From Bacilli bacterium (GTDB lineage: Bacteria > Bacillota_I > Bacilli_A > RFN20 > CAG-826): DNA of 64,000 nucleotides. The notes below the pieces were generated by a model, which worked only from the letters and a program-made list of their open reading frames with translations, was not told where the DNA came from and ran no database searches. A program made the translations under genes and the position numbers. The stretch covers positions 1,958 through 65,957 of the forward strand of contig JBAZGG010000005.1 of assembly GCA_041653015.1 (NCBI GenBank). Reading direction: 5' to 3'. Shown here in pieces: positions 37,554 through 47,544 of the stretch (its first letter is position 1; each line of letters begins with the position of its first letter).

Positions 37554-38969
37554 ATGAAAGTCCAAAATCAAAAAAATCAGTCCTCGATGTGTAAGCAAGA
37601 GGTCAATCCTAATAAAGACGGGTCTTGTCCATGCTGCGGCGCCAATAATGAATCGTTAATCTTGTTAAAAACCGATAGCGCTAGCGTTTTATTTAAGAAT
37701 GCGCGCATCTTAAAAATGGATGGCTCGCCGATATTTATCGGTGAGTTGTTTGTCAAAGGCAATCGCATCGCCTATGTTGGAAAGAAGTATGATGGCAAAG
37801 AAAAGGCTGATCGAGTCATCGATGCCAATAAAAATGTTTTGATGCCCGGGTTTAAAAACGCGCACGCGCATTCGGCGATGACTTTTTTGAGGAGTTACGC
37901 GGATGATTTGTCCCTGCACGATTGGCTCTATGATTGGGTCTTTCCTGTTGAAGATCGCTTACGTCCAGGCGATGTGTATCATCTGTCCAAACTCGGTTTT
38001 GCTGAGTATTTAACCAGCGGTATTACTGCCGCTTTTGATATGTATTATTCTCCAGAAGAAATCGCTAAAGCGAGCAAAGATTTCGGCATGCGCATCGTGC
38101 TCGTTGGCACACCGACTGTCTCACGCGGCAGCATCGATGATTTAAAGAAGAATTATCGCAAGCTCAACCATTTTGATGAACTGGTGACCTTTCAGCTTGG
38201 CTTCCACGCTGAATACACCATAACGGAGGAGATGCTCTCGGCTCTTTCAAAAATATCTCATGAATTAAAAGCCCCTGTCTATTCTCATTCCAGCGAGACA
38301 GAATTTGAAGTGAATGGTTGCATTCAAAGACATGGATGCACACCGACTGAATATTTTGAAAGATTAGGTCTCTTTGATTTCGGTGGTGGTGGCTATCACT
38401 GCAACTTCATGTCCGATAATGATTTGAAGATCATAAAGAAGCGCGGATTGTTCGTCACGACTTGTCCTGGTAGCAACACCAAAATCGCTAGTGGAATCGC
38501 TCCTATTCAAAAGATGATCGATATGGGGATCAATCTGTCTATTGGAACCGATGGTCCAGCTTCGAATAACTGTTTGGATTTCTTTCGCGAGATGTTCTTA
38601 GTGACCGGCTTGCAGAAGTTGCTGTGCAAAGATCCATGCGCTTGCGAAGCATATAAAGTGCTTGAAATGGCCACTGTTGGTGGCGCTCATGCTATGCATT
38701 TAGATGATGCGGACACGCTTGATGTCGGCAAGTTAGCTGATATCATCATGATCGATCTCCATAGACCGAATATGCAACCTCTCAACAACATAGAGAAGAA
38801 CATCGTTTATAGCGGGTCTAAAGAAAACGTTAAACTGACGATGATCAACGGCAAAATTCTCTATGAAGACGGCAAATTTTACCTCGATGAATCAATCGAT
38901 GATATCTACAAGAGCGCTCAAGACATCACCGATCGAATTAAAGAAGAAGTGAAGAGTTTAAAAAAATAA
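37554..38969 (+). CDS. mtaD: Amidohydrolase, MTA/SAH deaminase-like
   Basis: PGFKNAHAHS, HSSET, IGTDG..SNN. Confidence 0.65.
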   Translation: MKVQNQKNQSSMCKQEVNPNKDGSCPCCGANNESLILLKTDSASVLFKNARILKMDGSPIFIGELFVKGNRIAYVGKKYDGKEKADRVIDANKNVLMPGFKNAHAHSAMTFLRSYADDLSLHDWLYDWVFPVEDRLRPGDVYHLSKLGFAEYLTSGITAAFDMYYSPEEIAKASKDFGMRIVLVGTPTVSRGSIDDLKKNYRKLNHFDELVTFQLGFHAEYTITEEMLSALSKISHELKAPVYSHSSETEFEVNGCIQRHGCTPTEYFERLGLFDFGGGGYHCNFMSDNDLKIIKKRGLFVTTCPGSNTKIASGIAPIQKMIDMGINLSIGTDGPASNNCLDFFREMFLVTGLQKLLCKDPCACEAYKVLEMATVGGAHAMHLDDADTLDVGKLADIIMIDLHRPNMQPLNNIEKNIVYSGSKENVKLTMINGKILYEDGKFYLDESIDDIYKSAQDITDRIKEEVKSLKK

Positions 38970-39029
38970 TAGTTTTATACAAATAAAAATGGCATTAAGA
39001 TTCTGCTCTCGACGCCATTTTTTTGCTCA

Positions 39030-40118
39030 TTATAGATAGTAATCTAAGAACGCCCACAGAAGCGGATTGTGATATTGCTCTGCAGAAGTATAATTCCAAG
39101 CGACATAGTTATTATATTGTGGATAGACGGTCACATCTTCGGCTGTCAAGATGAGGCCCGATAGAACTTGCGTTGCAACTTTCTCAGACAAATACGCTAG
39201 ATGTTCTTTTCTTTCTTCCGTGTAATAAGATTTAGTCACTCTATATTGATTATCGACGAGCGATATCGTGTCGTTCACGAATACCGATCCCGACTTGATC
39301 ACAGCGCCTGCCTTATCAGTTCCATTCGGCTCGACATAGTAGAACGTCGGGACAAAGCCTGTATCATATCCATATATCGCATTGTTTGTCGATGATAGAC
39401 CATACTCATCTTTAAAAGCGTTCCATTCCGCTGTTTTAATCTCGCCTTGATCATCCAATCGCACTTCGTCGACATCAAAGATATAGACGGGTTCTTTACC
39501 ATCGTTGTTCGTGGAGTAATACTTCAATCCGTGCGAGTTAACCCACGCGCAGTCCGGACATGTCGCGCGTTCAAATTCAATGACGAATGGGACGCTGCCG
39601 ACATATAGTTCATCAAGTTCGGCTTTGTTGACAAAAAACATATTTGGCAAAACGGCATTTTTATCAAACCAGATATTGAATTCATCGAGATTTTTGAATA
39701 TTTTATTGCTCTCGTCATACATCTCTTGCACCTGTACTTTTCCATCTTTGAAAAGAGCGATTGTCACCCTCTCATTGGAGATGGATAGACCATAGGTATT
39801 TAAACTCTCGTCTCCATTGAAGAACAGATTATAGTTAATCTTATAAATCAGGGTATGGTTCTCTTCATTGAATTTCTCTAAGACCATATGCTCAAAAGTT
39901 GACCAGCAACTGCAACCTGATTTGGTATAGACGACGACTGCAAAATTTTCTTCATCTTTAATTTTGCTCTCTAAATTGCCATAAGTAGCAATATCGACGA
40001 GATCTCCACTGATCATCGTGCCGTAGTTTAAATGAACCTTTTCAGCATTGCTGCAGCCGACAGAGGTAATACTTATCAGCGCGAGGGCTAACAGAGGGAG
40101 AATGTTTATTTTCTTCAT
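39030..40118 (-). CDS. Lipoprotein with two thioredoxin-like domains
   Basis: SVGC lipobox; GCSCW and TCPDC motifs; FVPT cis-Pro region. Confidence 0.6.
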   Translation of the reverse strand: MKKINILPLLALALISITSVGCSNAEKVHLNYGTMISGDLVDIATYGNLESKIKDEENFAVVVYTKSGCSCWSTFEHMVLEKFNEENHTLIYKINYNLFFNGDESLNTYGLSISNERVTIALFKDGKVQVQEMYDESNKIFKNLDEFNIWFDKNAVLPNMFFVNKAELDELYVGSVPFVIEFERATCPDCAWVNSHGLKYYSTNNDGKEPVYIFDVDEVRLDDQGEIKTAEWNAFKDEYGLSSTNNAIYGYDTGFVPTFYYVEPNGTDKAGAVIKSGSVFVNDTISLVDNQYRVTKSYYTEERKEHLAYLSEKVATQVLSGLILTAEDVTVYPQYNNYVAWNYTSAEQYHNPLLWAFLDYYL

Positions 40119-40379
40119 AAAGATTTTTCTTCTTTCGTTTCAAACTTTATACTAGATTAAAGTCATAGACAACTATTATTATAATGAAAATGGCGACAAA
40201 TACAAAAGTGACATTTTCTCAAACGTTTTGGCCGATATCGATGTCGATTTAAAATCAGTGTATAAATTCTTTCAAAATTATGTTGCATTTTCATTGCACA
40301 TTTTATATATTTTTCTCGAACATATATTTAAAGCAAATATTCGTCTTGAAATTTGCCTCGTGTTCGCGGAGGTATGGTT

Positions 40380-41888
40380 ATGGAAGAAAACATAATTATA
40401 AATCTTGAACATCTCTACAAAGAGTATAACAAGAAAAATGTCGTCGAAGATTTTACTTTGAAGATTAAAAAGGGAGAATTCGTCACGATTTTAGGCCCTT
40501 CCGGATGTGGGAAAACAACGACTTTGCGCATGATTGCAGGCTTTGAACTCCCAACTTCAGGAAAGATTTTGCTCAATGGCAAAAATATTACGAATCTGCC
40601 TCCGTATAAACGGCCGATCAATACCGTGTTTCAACGCTACGCATTATTTCCTCACCTAGATGTGTATGATAATGTAGCCTTTGGTCTAAAACTTAAAAAA
40701 GTTCCGGTGAAGATTGAAAAGCACGGCAAAGAGATCACAAAGATTAAACATCTCGATGATGCCGCGATTGATGAGCTGGTGACAAAAGCCTTAAAAGTAG
40801 TTGATCTTGAAGAGATGGAAGATCGCGATATCGCCACTCTTTCAGGTGGTCAGCAGCAAAGAGTAGCTATCGCTCGTTGCATTGTCAACGAACCAGAAAT
40901 CTTGCTTCTCGATGAGCCATTGGGCGCTCTCGATCTCAAGATGAGAAAAGATATGCAGCTCGAATTGAAAGAAATGCACCGAAAACTCGGCATCACTTTC
41001 ATATATGTCACCCACGATCAAGAAGAAGCTTTAACGATGTCTAACACCATCGTCGTCATGAAAGATGGCGTCATTCAACAAATCGGTACCCCGGTTGATA
41101 TCTACAATGAACCAAAGAATGCTTTCGTCGCTGATTTTATTGGCGAATCAAATATTTATAGCGGAACGATGATCGGCAAAAGAGAAGTTCGCTTCTTGGG
41201 CAAGAGTTTCAAATGCATTGATGATTATCCATTAAATGAAAAAGTGGATGTTGTTATCCGTCCAGAAGACATCATCATCCTTAAAAAGGATAAAGGCATT
41301 GTCAATGGCGTGATTGAATCAAAGGTATTCAAAGGCGTTCATTATCAATATCTCATCAAAGTCGGAAAGAGTGAGGTGTTCGTAAGAGACACAAAAGATT
41401 ATTCGACAAACATTGAAGTTGGCTTGGAAGTAAAAAAAGAAAACATCCAGATCATGGAAAAAGAATATACGATTAATTCTTACTATGATGCTTGGATCAA
41501 TAATGCGAATCAAGTCGTCATAACTGATGTTCCATTCGATGTCGATGTCAGACAGCTTCTGCCTAATTCAAAACTTAGCGAAGATGGATTTTTAGTTGGC
41601 AGAGATGGCAAGAAGTACGATTTGAACGATGCTGATGTCGTTGTTGAAATCGCTCTTGATAAAGTTGAGCTCTCTGATGATTTATCATTCGGCGAGACGC
41701 ACGGCACCATCATCTCGGTGGTGTGGAAAGGTGATCACTATCAGTATTTAGTGAGAACAGAAGAGGAAGAGGATTATATCGTCGATAGTCAATATACTTG
41801 GAACGCAAACGATCGCGTCGGCATTCATGTCGCCAAAGATAATATTAAACTGAGGCTCAAAGGAGCTATTTCCAAATATGAAGTTTAA
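40380..41888 (+). CDS. potA: Spermidine/putrescine ABC ATPase with extended TOBE region
   Basis: GPSGCGKTT, LPPYKRPINTVFQ, LSGGQQQR, LDLKMRKDMQ; ATG 40380 after GGAGGT. Confidence 0.92.
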   Translation: MEENIIINLEHLYKEYNKKNVVEDFTLKIKKGEFVTILGPSGCGKTTTLRMIAGFELPTSGKILLNGKNITNLPPYKRPINTVFQRYALFPHLDVYDNVAFGLKLKKVPVKIEKHGKEITKIKHLDDAAIDELVTKALKVVDLEEMEDRDIATLSGGQQQRVAIARCIVNEPEILLLDEPLGALDLKMRKDMQLELKEMHRKLGITFIYVTHDQEEALTMSNTIVVMKDGVIQQIGTPVDIYNEPKNAFVADFIGESNIYSGTMIGKREVRFLGKSFKCIDDYPLNEKVDVVIRPEDIIILKKDKGIVNGVIESKVFKGVHYQYLIKVGKSEVFVRDTKDYSTNIEVGLEVKKENIQIMEKEYTINSYYDAWINNANQVVITDVPFDVDVRQLLPNSKLSEDGFLVGRDGKKYDLNDADVVVEIALDKVELSDDLSFGETHGTIISVVWKGDHYQYLVRTEEEEDYIVDSQYTWNANDRVGIHVAKDNIKLRLKGAISKYEV

Positions 41889-42678
41889 ATTTTCAAGGAA
41901 ATACCTCTGTATTCCCTATGCGGTTTTCTTGATTCTTTTTGTCGTCATTCCAATCGTTTTAGTCATCTATTATGCTTTTAGTGATGCGAATGGTTATCTC
42001 AGCATCGACGCTCTCGTCAAGTTTTTCACTTCAACGACAAAACTCAATGTCCTAATAGTCTCTATCTTCGTTGCATTTCAGACGACGATTATCTGCCTTA
42101 TCATCGGTTTCCCTTTAGCGCTTTTACTCGCGAATAAGAGATTCAATAAAAATGTCGTCTTAGTGATGCTCTTCGTGATGCCGATGTGGATCAACTTCGT
42201 CTTGCGAACTGGTGCGACGAGAGATCTCTTGTCATGGATGGATATCAATGGGGGAAATTACCCATATCTCGCGACGATGATCGGCATGGTCTATAACTAT
42301 TTGCCATTCACTATTTTGCCCCTTTATACCACGATGCTTAAAATTGATAAGTCACAGTTAGAAGCCGCCAATGATTTAGGAGCGAGTCCTATCAACGTCT
42401 TTTTCAAGGCGTTGGTTCCACAGACGATTCCGGGCATTGTCTCAGCGTGCACGATGGTTTTTATGCCAACGATGTCGAGCTATGTCATCAGCGATGTTCT
42501 CTCCGAAGGGAAAATTACCTTATTCGGAAACTCCATCTATCTCAATTTTGCCAACTCGCAATGGAATGATGGTTCCTTTATGGCTCTCATCATGTTAATC
42601 ATCGTCGGTATCACGATGTTCTTGACGCGAAATGTCAACAAGGACGACGTCATGGCGACAGGAGGCAATCTATGGTAA
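41878..42678 (+). CDS. potB: Polyamine ABC permease
   Basis: PMWINFVLR, EAANDLGA. Confidence 0.9.
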   Translation: MKFKFSRKYLCIPYAVFLILFVVIPIVLVIYYAFSDANGYLSIDALVKFFTSTTKLNVLIVSIFVAFQTTIICLIIGFPLALLLANKRFNKNVVLVMLFVMPMWINFVLRTGATRDLLSWMDINGGNYPYLATMIGMVYNYLPFTILPLYTTMLKIDKSQLEAANDLGASPINVFFKALVPQTIPGIVSACTMVFMPTMSSYVISDVLSEGKITLFGNSIYLNFANSQWNDGSFMALIMLIIVGITMFLTRNVNKDDVMATGGNLW

Positions 42679-43517
42679 AGAAAATCTTTGCACAGATATA
42701 TATATATCTCATTCTTTTCTTGATGTATCTCCCGATTTTAGTCCTCATCGCTTTTTCATTTACGACATCGACAAACGTCGGTGTGTGGACGGGTTTCTCT
42801 TTCGATTTGTATCCCGCCTTATTTCAAAGCGAAGAGATCATGATCGCTTTAGGCAACACTCTTATCATCGCTCTTTCGAGTTCGATTATTTCTGTCATCT
42901 TAGGCACGCTGGGCGCTATCGGCGTATTCTATTCAAAGAGGCGCGCTAAAAAGACGATGGAAGGCATGACGCAAATCCCTGTCGTAAACGCGGAGATTGT
43001 CATGGCCTTATCGCTCGTCGTCATGTTTGTTTTTATCGGTACCTATTTCTTCGCCGGTGCTTCCATATTCTCTTTCTGGACTCTATTGATCGGTCACGTC
43101 GTTTTATCTCTTCCTTTTGTCTATCTTTCTGTCAAACCAAAATTGCAGCAGATGGACCCGAGCATTTATGAAGCTGCTCTCGACTTGGGTGCAACTCCGC
43201 AAAAAGCTCTATGGAAAGTCATGATTCCGCAAATATTGCCCGGTATCCTATCAGGATTCTTACTAGCGATAACTCTCTCTCTCGATGATTTTATCATCAC
43301 CGCCTTCACAAGAAGCGCTGGTCTGCTCAGCGGTGAGAAGACGATTGAGACATTGTCGACGCTCGTGCAAGCAAAGATTAAAAAAGGACCAATTCCACCT
43401 GAGATGCGCGCTCTGACAACCATTATTTTTCTTCTCGTCTTAGCGATCGTCATCGGTGTGACGGTCTACAACTCCTATAAAGCTAAACAAGCGAAAGTGC
43501 GAAAGGGCAGGATATAA
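42672..43517 (+). CDS. potC: Polyamine ABC permease
   Basis: MYLPILVL, EAALDLGA, TLSLDDF. Confidence 0.9.
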   Translation: MVKKIFAQIYIYLILFLMYLPILVLIAFSFTTSTNVGVWTGFSFDLYPALFQSEEIMIALGNTLIIALSSSIISVILGTLGAIGVFYSKRRAKKTMEGMTQIPVVNAEIVMALSLVVMFVFIGTYFFAGASIFSFWTLLIGHVVLSLPFVYLSVKPKLQQMDPSIYEAALDLGATPQKALWKVMIPQILPGILSGFLLAITLSLDDFIITAFTRSAGLLSGEKTIETLSTLVQAKIKKGPIPPEMRALTTIIFLLVLAIVIGVTVYNSYKAKQAKVRKGRI

Positions 43518-43519
43518 GT

Positions 43520-45163
43520 ATGAAATATCGCAATATTTTATTGACGACTCTTGTCGTCTTATCATCGACCGCTCTGCTCGCCGGCTGCTCATCGCAAGGT
43601 GAGAGAGAGCATACCTTGAGAGTGTTAAACTGGGAAGATTATATCTATCAACCGACCGAAGATGGAGAACCTTCTGCTCTATTGGATCAATTTGTTGATT
43701 ATATCGAAGAAAAAGACGGCTATCGCCCTACGATTGTCTATGATACTTTCGACACCAACGAGACGATGCTCAATTCATTGAAGACGGGCAAATATACCTA
43801 TGATTTGATCTGCCCATCCGATTACATGATTCAAAAGATGTTGAGCCAAGACCTGCTCGAGCCTTACGATTTTTCGCAGATGCCAAATTATGTCTCTCAT
43901 TGCTCACCTTATCTGCGCAATATCTTTAAAGATATTAAGTCGACGAGCGTCACGAATGGAACGGAGTATGTCGTCGATGATTATGCTGCTGGTTACATGT
44001 GGGGAACGCTAGGCATTCTGTACAACCCCACTTTTAAAGATTTCGCTGATATTCCTGAAGAACAAATCGATGAGGATATGGGCGAGTGGAACGCTCTTTG
44101 GGATGCCAAATATAGCAAGACCATCTCGATTAAAGATTCGATGCGCGACACTTACTCTATCGGAATTATGCGCGTCTATGATCAAGATCGCCCTGACCTA
44201 GGTGTCGAAAAGGGTTTTACCACGCTAAAAAATGAATTCGCGGATGGAATAATTTCCAGCGTTGAATACAATGCTTCTTTGACGAAAATATTCAATATGC
44301 ACGATGATGCTACTGTCGCTGCTGTTCAACAGGCTCTCATCGATCTGAAGAGCAATATCTTCGGCTTTGAAGTCGATTCAGGAAAAGAGGATATCACCAC
44401 GGGTAAAATCGGTATTAATACCGCGTGGAGTGGCGACGCTGTCTATTCCATGGATAAAGGCGATTCATATGGCGAAAGCGGTGTGACGCTCTACTATAAA
44501 ATACCTGAAACGGGTGGCAACATCTGGTTCGATGGTTGGGTCATGCCAAAAAGCGATACTTTGAATAAGGAATTAGCGGAAGAATTTGTGGATTTTCTTT
44601 CCTCTCCTAGCAACGCTGCTTTAAACATGTATGGAATCGGCTATTCATCATTCATCGGTGGCGATGAAATAATGGAGCAGTTGAAGATGTGGTACGATCC
44701 ACGCGCTTATGAGCTGTTCCAATACGATGAAGAGGCTGATGATTGGGTTTACGATGAAAAAGGAAATTATGTTCCGATTGAAGGCATGGAAGATAAGTCA
44801 TGGAACGACATCGCTCCTAGTGAGGATTGGTATACGATCGACCTCTCATATTTCTTTGAAGGAACAGGCGATTATACGCTTGACGATATGACGTTCTATT
44901 CCACGGAAATCAACCGTCAGTTTTCAACTCAATATCCCGATATAAATGAGATTAATCATCTGGCGATCATGTCTGATTATGGCGAAGCCAATAGCAAAAT
45001 TCTCAATATGTGGGAGATCGTCAAAAGCGATTCATTGCCATTGTGGGCTATTCTCCTATTTGCTGCTGAAATTATTTTAGCGGCGGGTCTCATCGCTTAC
45101 TTTTTAATCAGAAGACAAATAAATAAGAATCGTCGAGCGCAAAGGAAAGCTAAAAACGCCTAG
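43520..45163 (+). CDS. potD: Polyamine-binding lipoprotein with extra C-terminal TM
   Basis: LAGC lipobox, NWEDYI, FDTNETM, PSDYM, WGTLG, WSGD, WFDGW. Confidence 0.88.
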   Translation: MKYRNILLTTLVVLSSTALLAGCSSQGEREHTLRVLNWEDYIYQPTEDGEPSALLDQFVDYIEEKDGYRPTIVYDTFDTNETMLNSLKTGKYTYDLICPSDYMIQKMLSQDLLEPYDFSQMPNYVSHCSPYLRNIFKDIKSTSVTNGTEYVVDDYAAGYMWGTLGILYNPTFKDFADIPEEQIDEDMGEWNALWDAKYSKTISIKDSMRDTYSIGIMRVYDQDRPDLGVEKGFTTLKNEFADGIISSVEYNASLTKIFNMHDDATVAAVQQALIDLKSNIFGFEVDSGKEDITTGKIGINTAWSGDAVYSMDKGDSYGESGVTLYYKIPETGGNIWFDGWVMPKSDTLNKELAEEFVDFLSSPSNAALNMYGIGYSSFIGGDEIMEQLKMWYDPRAYELFQYDEEADDWVYDEKGNYVPIEGMEDKSWNDIAPSEDWYTIDLSYFFEGTGDYTLDDMTFYSTEINRQFSTQYPDINEINHLAIMSDYGEANSKILNMWEIVKSDSLPLWAILLFAAEIILAAGLIAYFLIRRQINKNRRAQRKAKNA

Positions 45164-45172
45164 ATTTCTTTC

Positions 45173-45201
45173 TTGTAGAAGAAAAACGGCAATGATATAA
45201 T
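45173..45201 (+). promoter_or_regulatory. tRNA cluster promoter
   Basis: TTGTAG-17 nt-TATAAT with TGn extension. Confidence 0.65.
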
Positions 45202-45211
45202 ACTTTCCGCT

Positions 45212-45285
45212 GGTTCCTTAGCCAAGTGGTAAGGCAATTGACTGCAACTCAATGAGCGTCGGTTCAACTCCGTCAGGAACCTCCA
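45212..45285 (+). tRNA. tRNA-Cys(GCA)
   Basis: GGTTCCT/AGGAACC; ATTGA-CTGCAAC-TCAAT; CCA encoded. Confidence 0.95.
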
Positions 45286-45352
45286 ATTTATTCTTGTTTA
45301 GTATAGCTATCATGGCTTATACTAGTCAAAGCACTCTTGAGTGAGTGCTCGT

Positions 45353-45429
45353 GCGCCTATAGTTCAACTGGATAGAGCGTCAGACTACGAATCTGAAGGT
45401 TGCAGGTTCGACTCCTGCTAGGCGCGCCA
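45353..45429 (+). tRNA. tRNA-Arg(ACG)
   Basis: GCGCCTA/TAGGCGC; TCAGA-CTACGAA-TCTGA. Confidence 0.96.
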
Positions 45430-45433
45430 GAAT

Positions 45434-45510
45434 CGGGATGTAGCGTAGCTTGGTATCGCGTCTGCTTTGGGAGCAGAAGGCCGCAGGTTCAAATCCTGTC
45501 ATCCCGACCA
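45434..45510 (+). tRNA. tRNA-Pro(UGG)
   Basis: CGGGATG/CATCCCG; TCTGC-TTTGGGA-GCAGA. Confidence 0.96.
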
Positions 45511-45516
45511 TTATTT

Positions 45517-45592
45517 GGGGTTATAGCTCAGCTGGGAGAGCGCCTGGTTTGCAACCAGGAGGTCAGGGGTTCGATCCCCCTTAGCTCCACCA
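45517..45592 (+). tRNA. tRNA-Ala(UGC)
   Basis: GGGGTTA/TAGCTCC with G3-U70; CCTGG-TTTGCAA-CCAGG. Confidence 0.96.
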
Positions 45593-45596
45593 AGAT

Positions 45597-45672
45597 GGCT
45601 GCGTAGCTCAGCTGGCAGAGCAGTCGGTTCATACCCGGCTTGTCGAGGGTTCGATCCCCCCCGCAGCTACCA
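45597..45672 (+). tRNA. tRNA-Met(CAU), elongator type
   Basis: GGCTGCG/CGCAGCT; GTCGG-TTCATAC-CCGGC; loop resembles Firmicute elongator Met. Confidence 0.88.
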
Positions 45673-45684
45673 ACTTGTTAAATA

Positions 45685-45710
45685 GGCTTGATTTACGTCA
45701 AGCCCTTTTT
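45685..45710 (+). terminator. Terminator of the tRNA cluster
   Basis: GGCTTGA-TTTACG-TCAAGCC followed by CTTTTT. Confidence 0.75.
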
Positions 45711-45775
45711 ATTTATAAGCTAAAAATTTGTATTGTTTTTTTATTCATTATTTCAATCATTTTCGTGTGCAAATT

Positions 45776-46519
45776 TTAAATATTATTAACGGGTGATATG
45801 GCGTAGATTTTAGTGTACCAAGACAGTAATGAATTCGTCAGCGAAGCCGCTGTGTAATAACGGTTCTTTCCTTTTAATACACCGTTTGAATATTTCACGC
45901 CGACACTCCATGGATCATAGACCTCAAAAAATGATATCTCGTCGACGATGACATAACCTTTAATAATCAAATAGTGACCAGTTACATCCTTATAGAATCT
46001 CTCAGTATGAAAAGCCAAATCTCTTTGATAGGTCAATTTTGACATATCGGGATTGACGAGCAATATCTTGCCATCGTCGAGCAAACTGATCATATCGCTT
46101 GAGGCGGTGATAGTCGATGCAACATTCGGTATTGAAAACTGATTTAATGCCCCTTGGATATCAATGTCATACCACCAACCACCAGTCGGGCGATAACTAG
46201 CGCGAGCGTCTTCAGCGGTATAGGCAAAATTCTCATCTGACCAACGCCCCGCCATTTCAACGGAAGTCGGACCGCAGTTCACGTTCCAATAAGTTCCGGT
46301 TGTGCGCTGATCGACATACCATTCATAATCTCGATCGTTGCTGACGTATTCCGTGATATCGCCGCCCAATCCCCATGAAACGGAATTGGCTCTCAATTCT
46401 TCTTCATAAGTAATACTTTCACTCGCTGAAGCCAAATCGGAGGTAGAAGGAATAGAAGTTGTTTGGCACGATGATAGCATTAGGCAGATCACTGGCAAAA
46501 ACATTAAACATTTTTTCAT
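45776..46519 (-). CDS. Lipoprotein with peptidase C39-like (papain-fold) domain
   Basis: LSSC lipobox; NCGPTS (Cys), GHYLII (His), VYDPW (Asp); start MKKC at 46519. Confidence 0.75.
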   Translation of the reverse strand: MKKCLMFLPVICLMLSSCQTTSIPSTSDLASASESITYEEELRANSVSWGLGGDITEYVSNDRDYEWYVDQRTTGTYWNVNCGPTSVEMAGRWSDENFAYTAEDARASYRPTGGWWYDIDIQGALNQFSIPNVASTITASSDMISLLDDGKILLVNPDMSKLTYQRDLAFHTERFYKDVTGHYLIIKGYVIVDEISFFEVYDPWSVGVKYSNGVLKGKNRYYTAASLTNSLLSWYTKIYAISPVNNI

Positions 46520-46646
46520 AAAAAATATTATAACATAAGTTATTTTCTCAATTGTATGTGAGTTGTATATTGTCGTTATTTTGTTTAGTATTAAATCAAT
46601 CAATGGCTTTTTGAGGTATTGATAAATCAATTATTAAGGATGGAAC

Positions 46647-47213
46647 ATGACAAATTACACTCTTGGAAATAAATACGATCTGATTCAAAAGAAAGTTTTA
46701 TCGTCCTCTTCAAAAGATCCTGTTGTCATCGCAAAACTTGCGATGCACGAACCCTATGTTTCTTTACATGGTCCTGAGCATCATTTTCTCGATGGGGCAG
46801 CTTTTTTGGTCGCCTATCACAACGCTGGTGGGAAAATCGATATCGAAAAAGCTCTTTGCTCACTCGCCGAAAGAACAGTGATGATGCCAGGGGCTATGTG
46901 TGGATATTGGGGTGTCTGTGGTTCTGTCGCATCAGTGGGGGCCGCTCTTTCAATCATCAATGACACCGGACCCCTCAGCAGTGATGAGCACTACAAAGAG
47001 AATATGGAATTTACCTCTTCAGTTCTCAAAAAGATGAGCGTGATTGGCGGACCGAGATGCTGCAAGAGAAACGCTTTTTTATCTCTTCAGATGGCGGTAG
47101 CGTTTGTTAAAGAAAAATGGGGTATCGAGATGGAGTGCGATCATATCATCTGTGAATTTTCATCTCTTAATTTGCAATGCATTGGTCCACGTTGCCCTTT
47201 TCACTCTAAATAA
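46647..47213 (+). CDS. DUF5714 family Cys-rich protein
   Basis: HGPEHH, PGAMCGYWGVCG, GGPRCCKR, terminal C-x8-C-x4-CPF. Confidence 0.8.
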   Translation: MTNYTLGNKYDLIQKKVLSSSSKDPVVIAKLAMHEPYVSLHGPEHHFLDGAAFLVAYHNAGGKIDIEKALCSLAERTVMMPGAMCGYWGVCGSVASVGAALSIINDTGPLSSDEHYKENMEFTSSVLKKMSVIGGPRCCKRNAFLSLQMAVAFVKEKWGIEMECDHIICEFSSLNLQCIGPRCPFHSK

Positions 47214-47305
47214 AACTGATCTGCAGAATACTATTTTAATGCCGAGGACAATTGTTTTTCTCTTATGCTTCTATAATGTTAATATATAAAAATGGATGTC
47301 TTAAT

Positions 47306-47512
47306 ATGAGCAAATATAATCCTCTATGGAATTATCTTAAACGCAATGGTGGTTCACGTTTAATCCTCTCATTTGATGAAATTCAAAATATTCTTGGCTT
47401 TTCGATAGATCACTCTTTTTTAACATATAAAAAAGAATTGAAAGAGTTTGGATATGAAGTAGAAAAAATATCCTTAAAAAACAAAACGGTTCTTTTTAGT
47501 AGACTCACTTGA
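47306..47512 (+). CDS. Small conserved hypothetical protein (68 aa)
   Basis: MSKYNPLWNYL...LSFDEI..ILGF.IDHSFL..KKEL..FGY.V.KIS pattern. Confidence 0.65.
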   Translation: MSKYNPLWNYLKRNGGSRLILSFDEIQNILGFSIDHSFLTYKKELKEFGYEVEKISLKNKTVLFSRLT

Positions 47513-47544
47513 TGTTTTTGCGAGATATATAGCATGAGAAAATA

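Noticed and set aside
45286-45352. Spacer between tRNA-Cys and tRNA-Arg with hairpin GCACTC-TTGAGT-GAGTGC
   Set aside because: Not a cloverleaf; explained by an internal promoter (TTGTTT-18-TATACT) and a processing spacer.
45400-45606. 68-aa ORF in the track
   Set aside because: Lies entirely over tRNA-Arg/Pro/Ala/Met genes; spurious.
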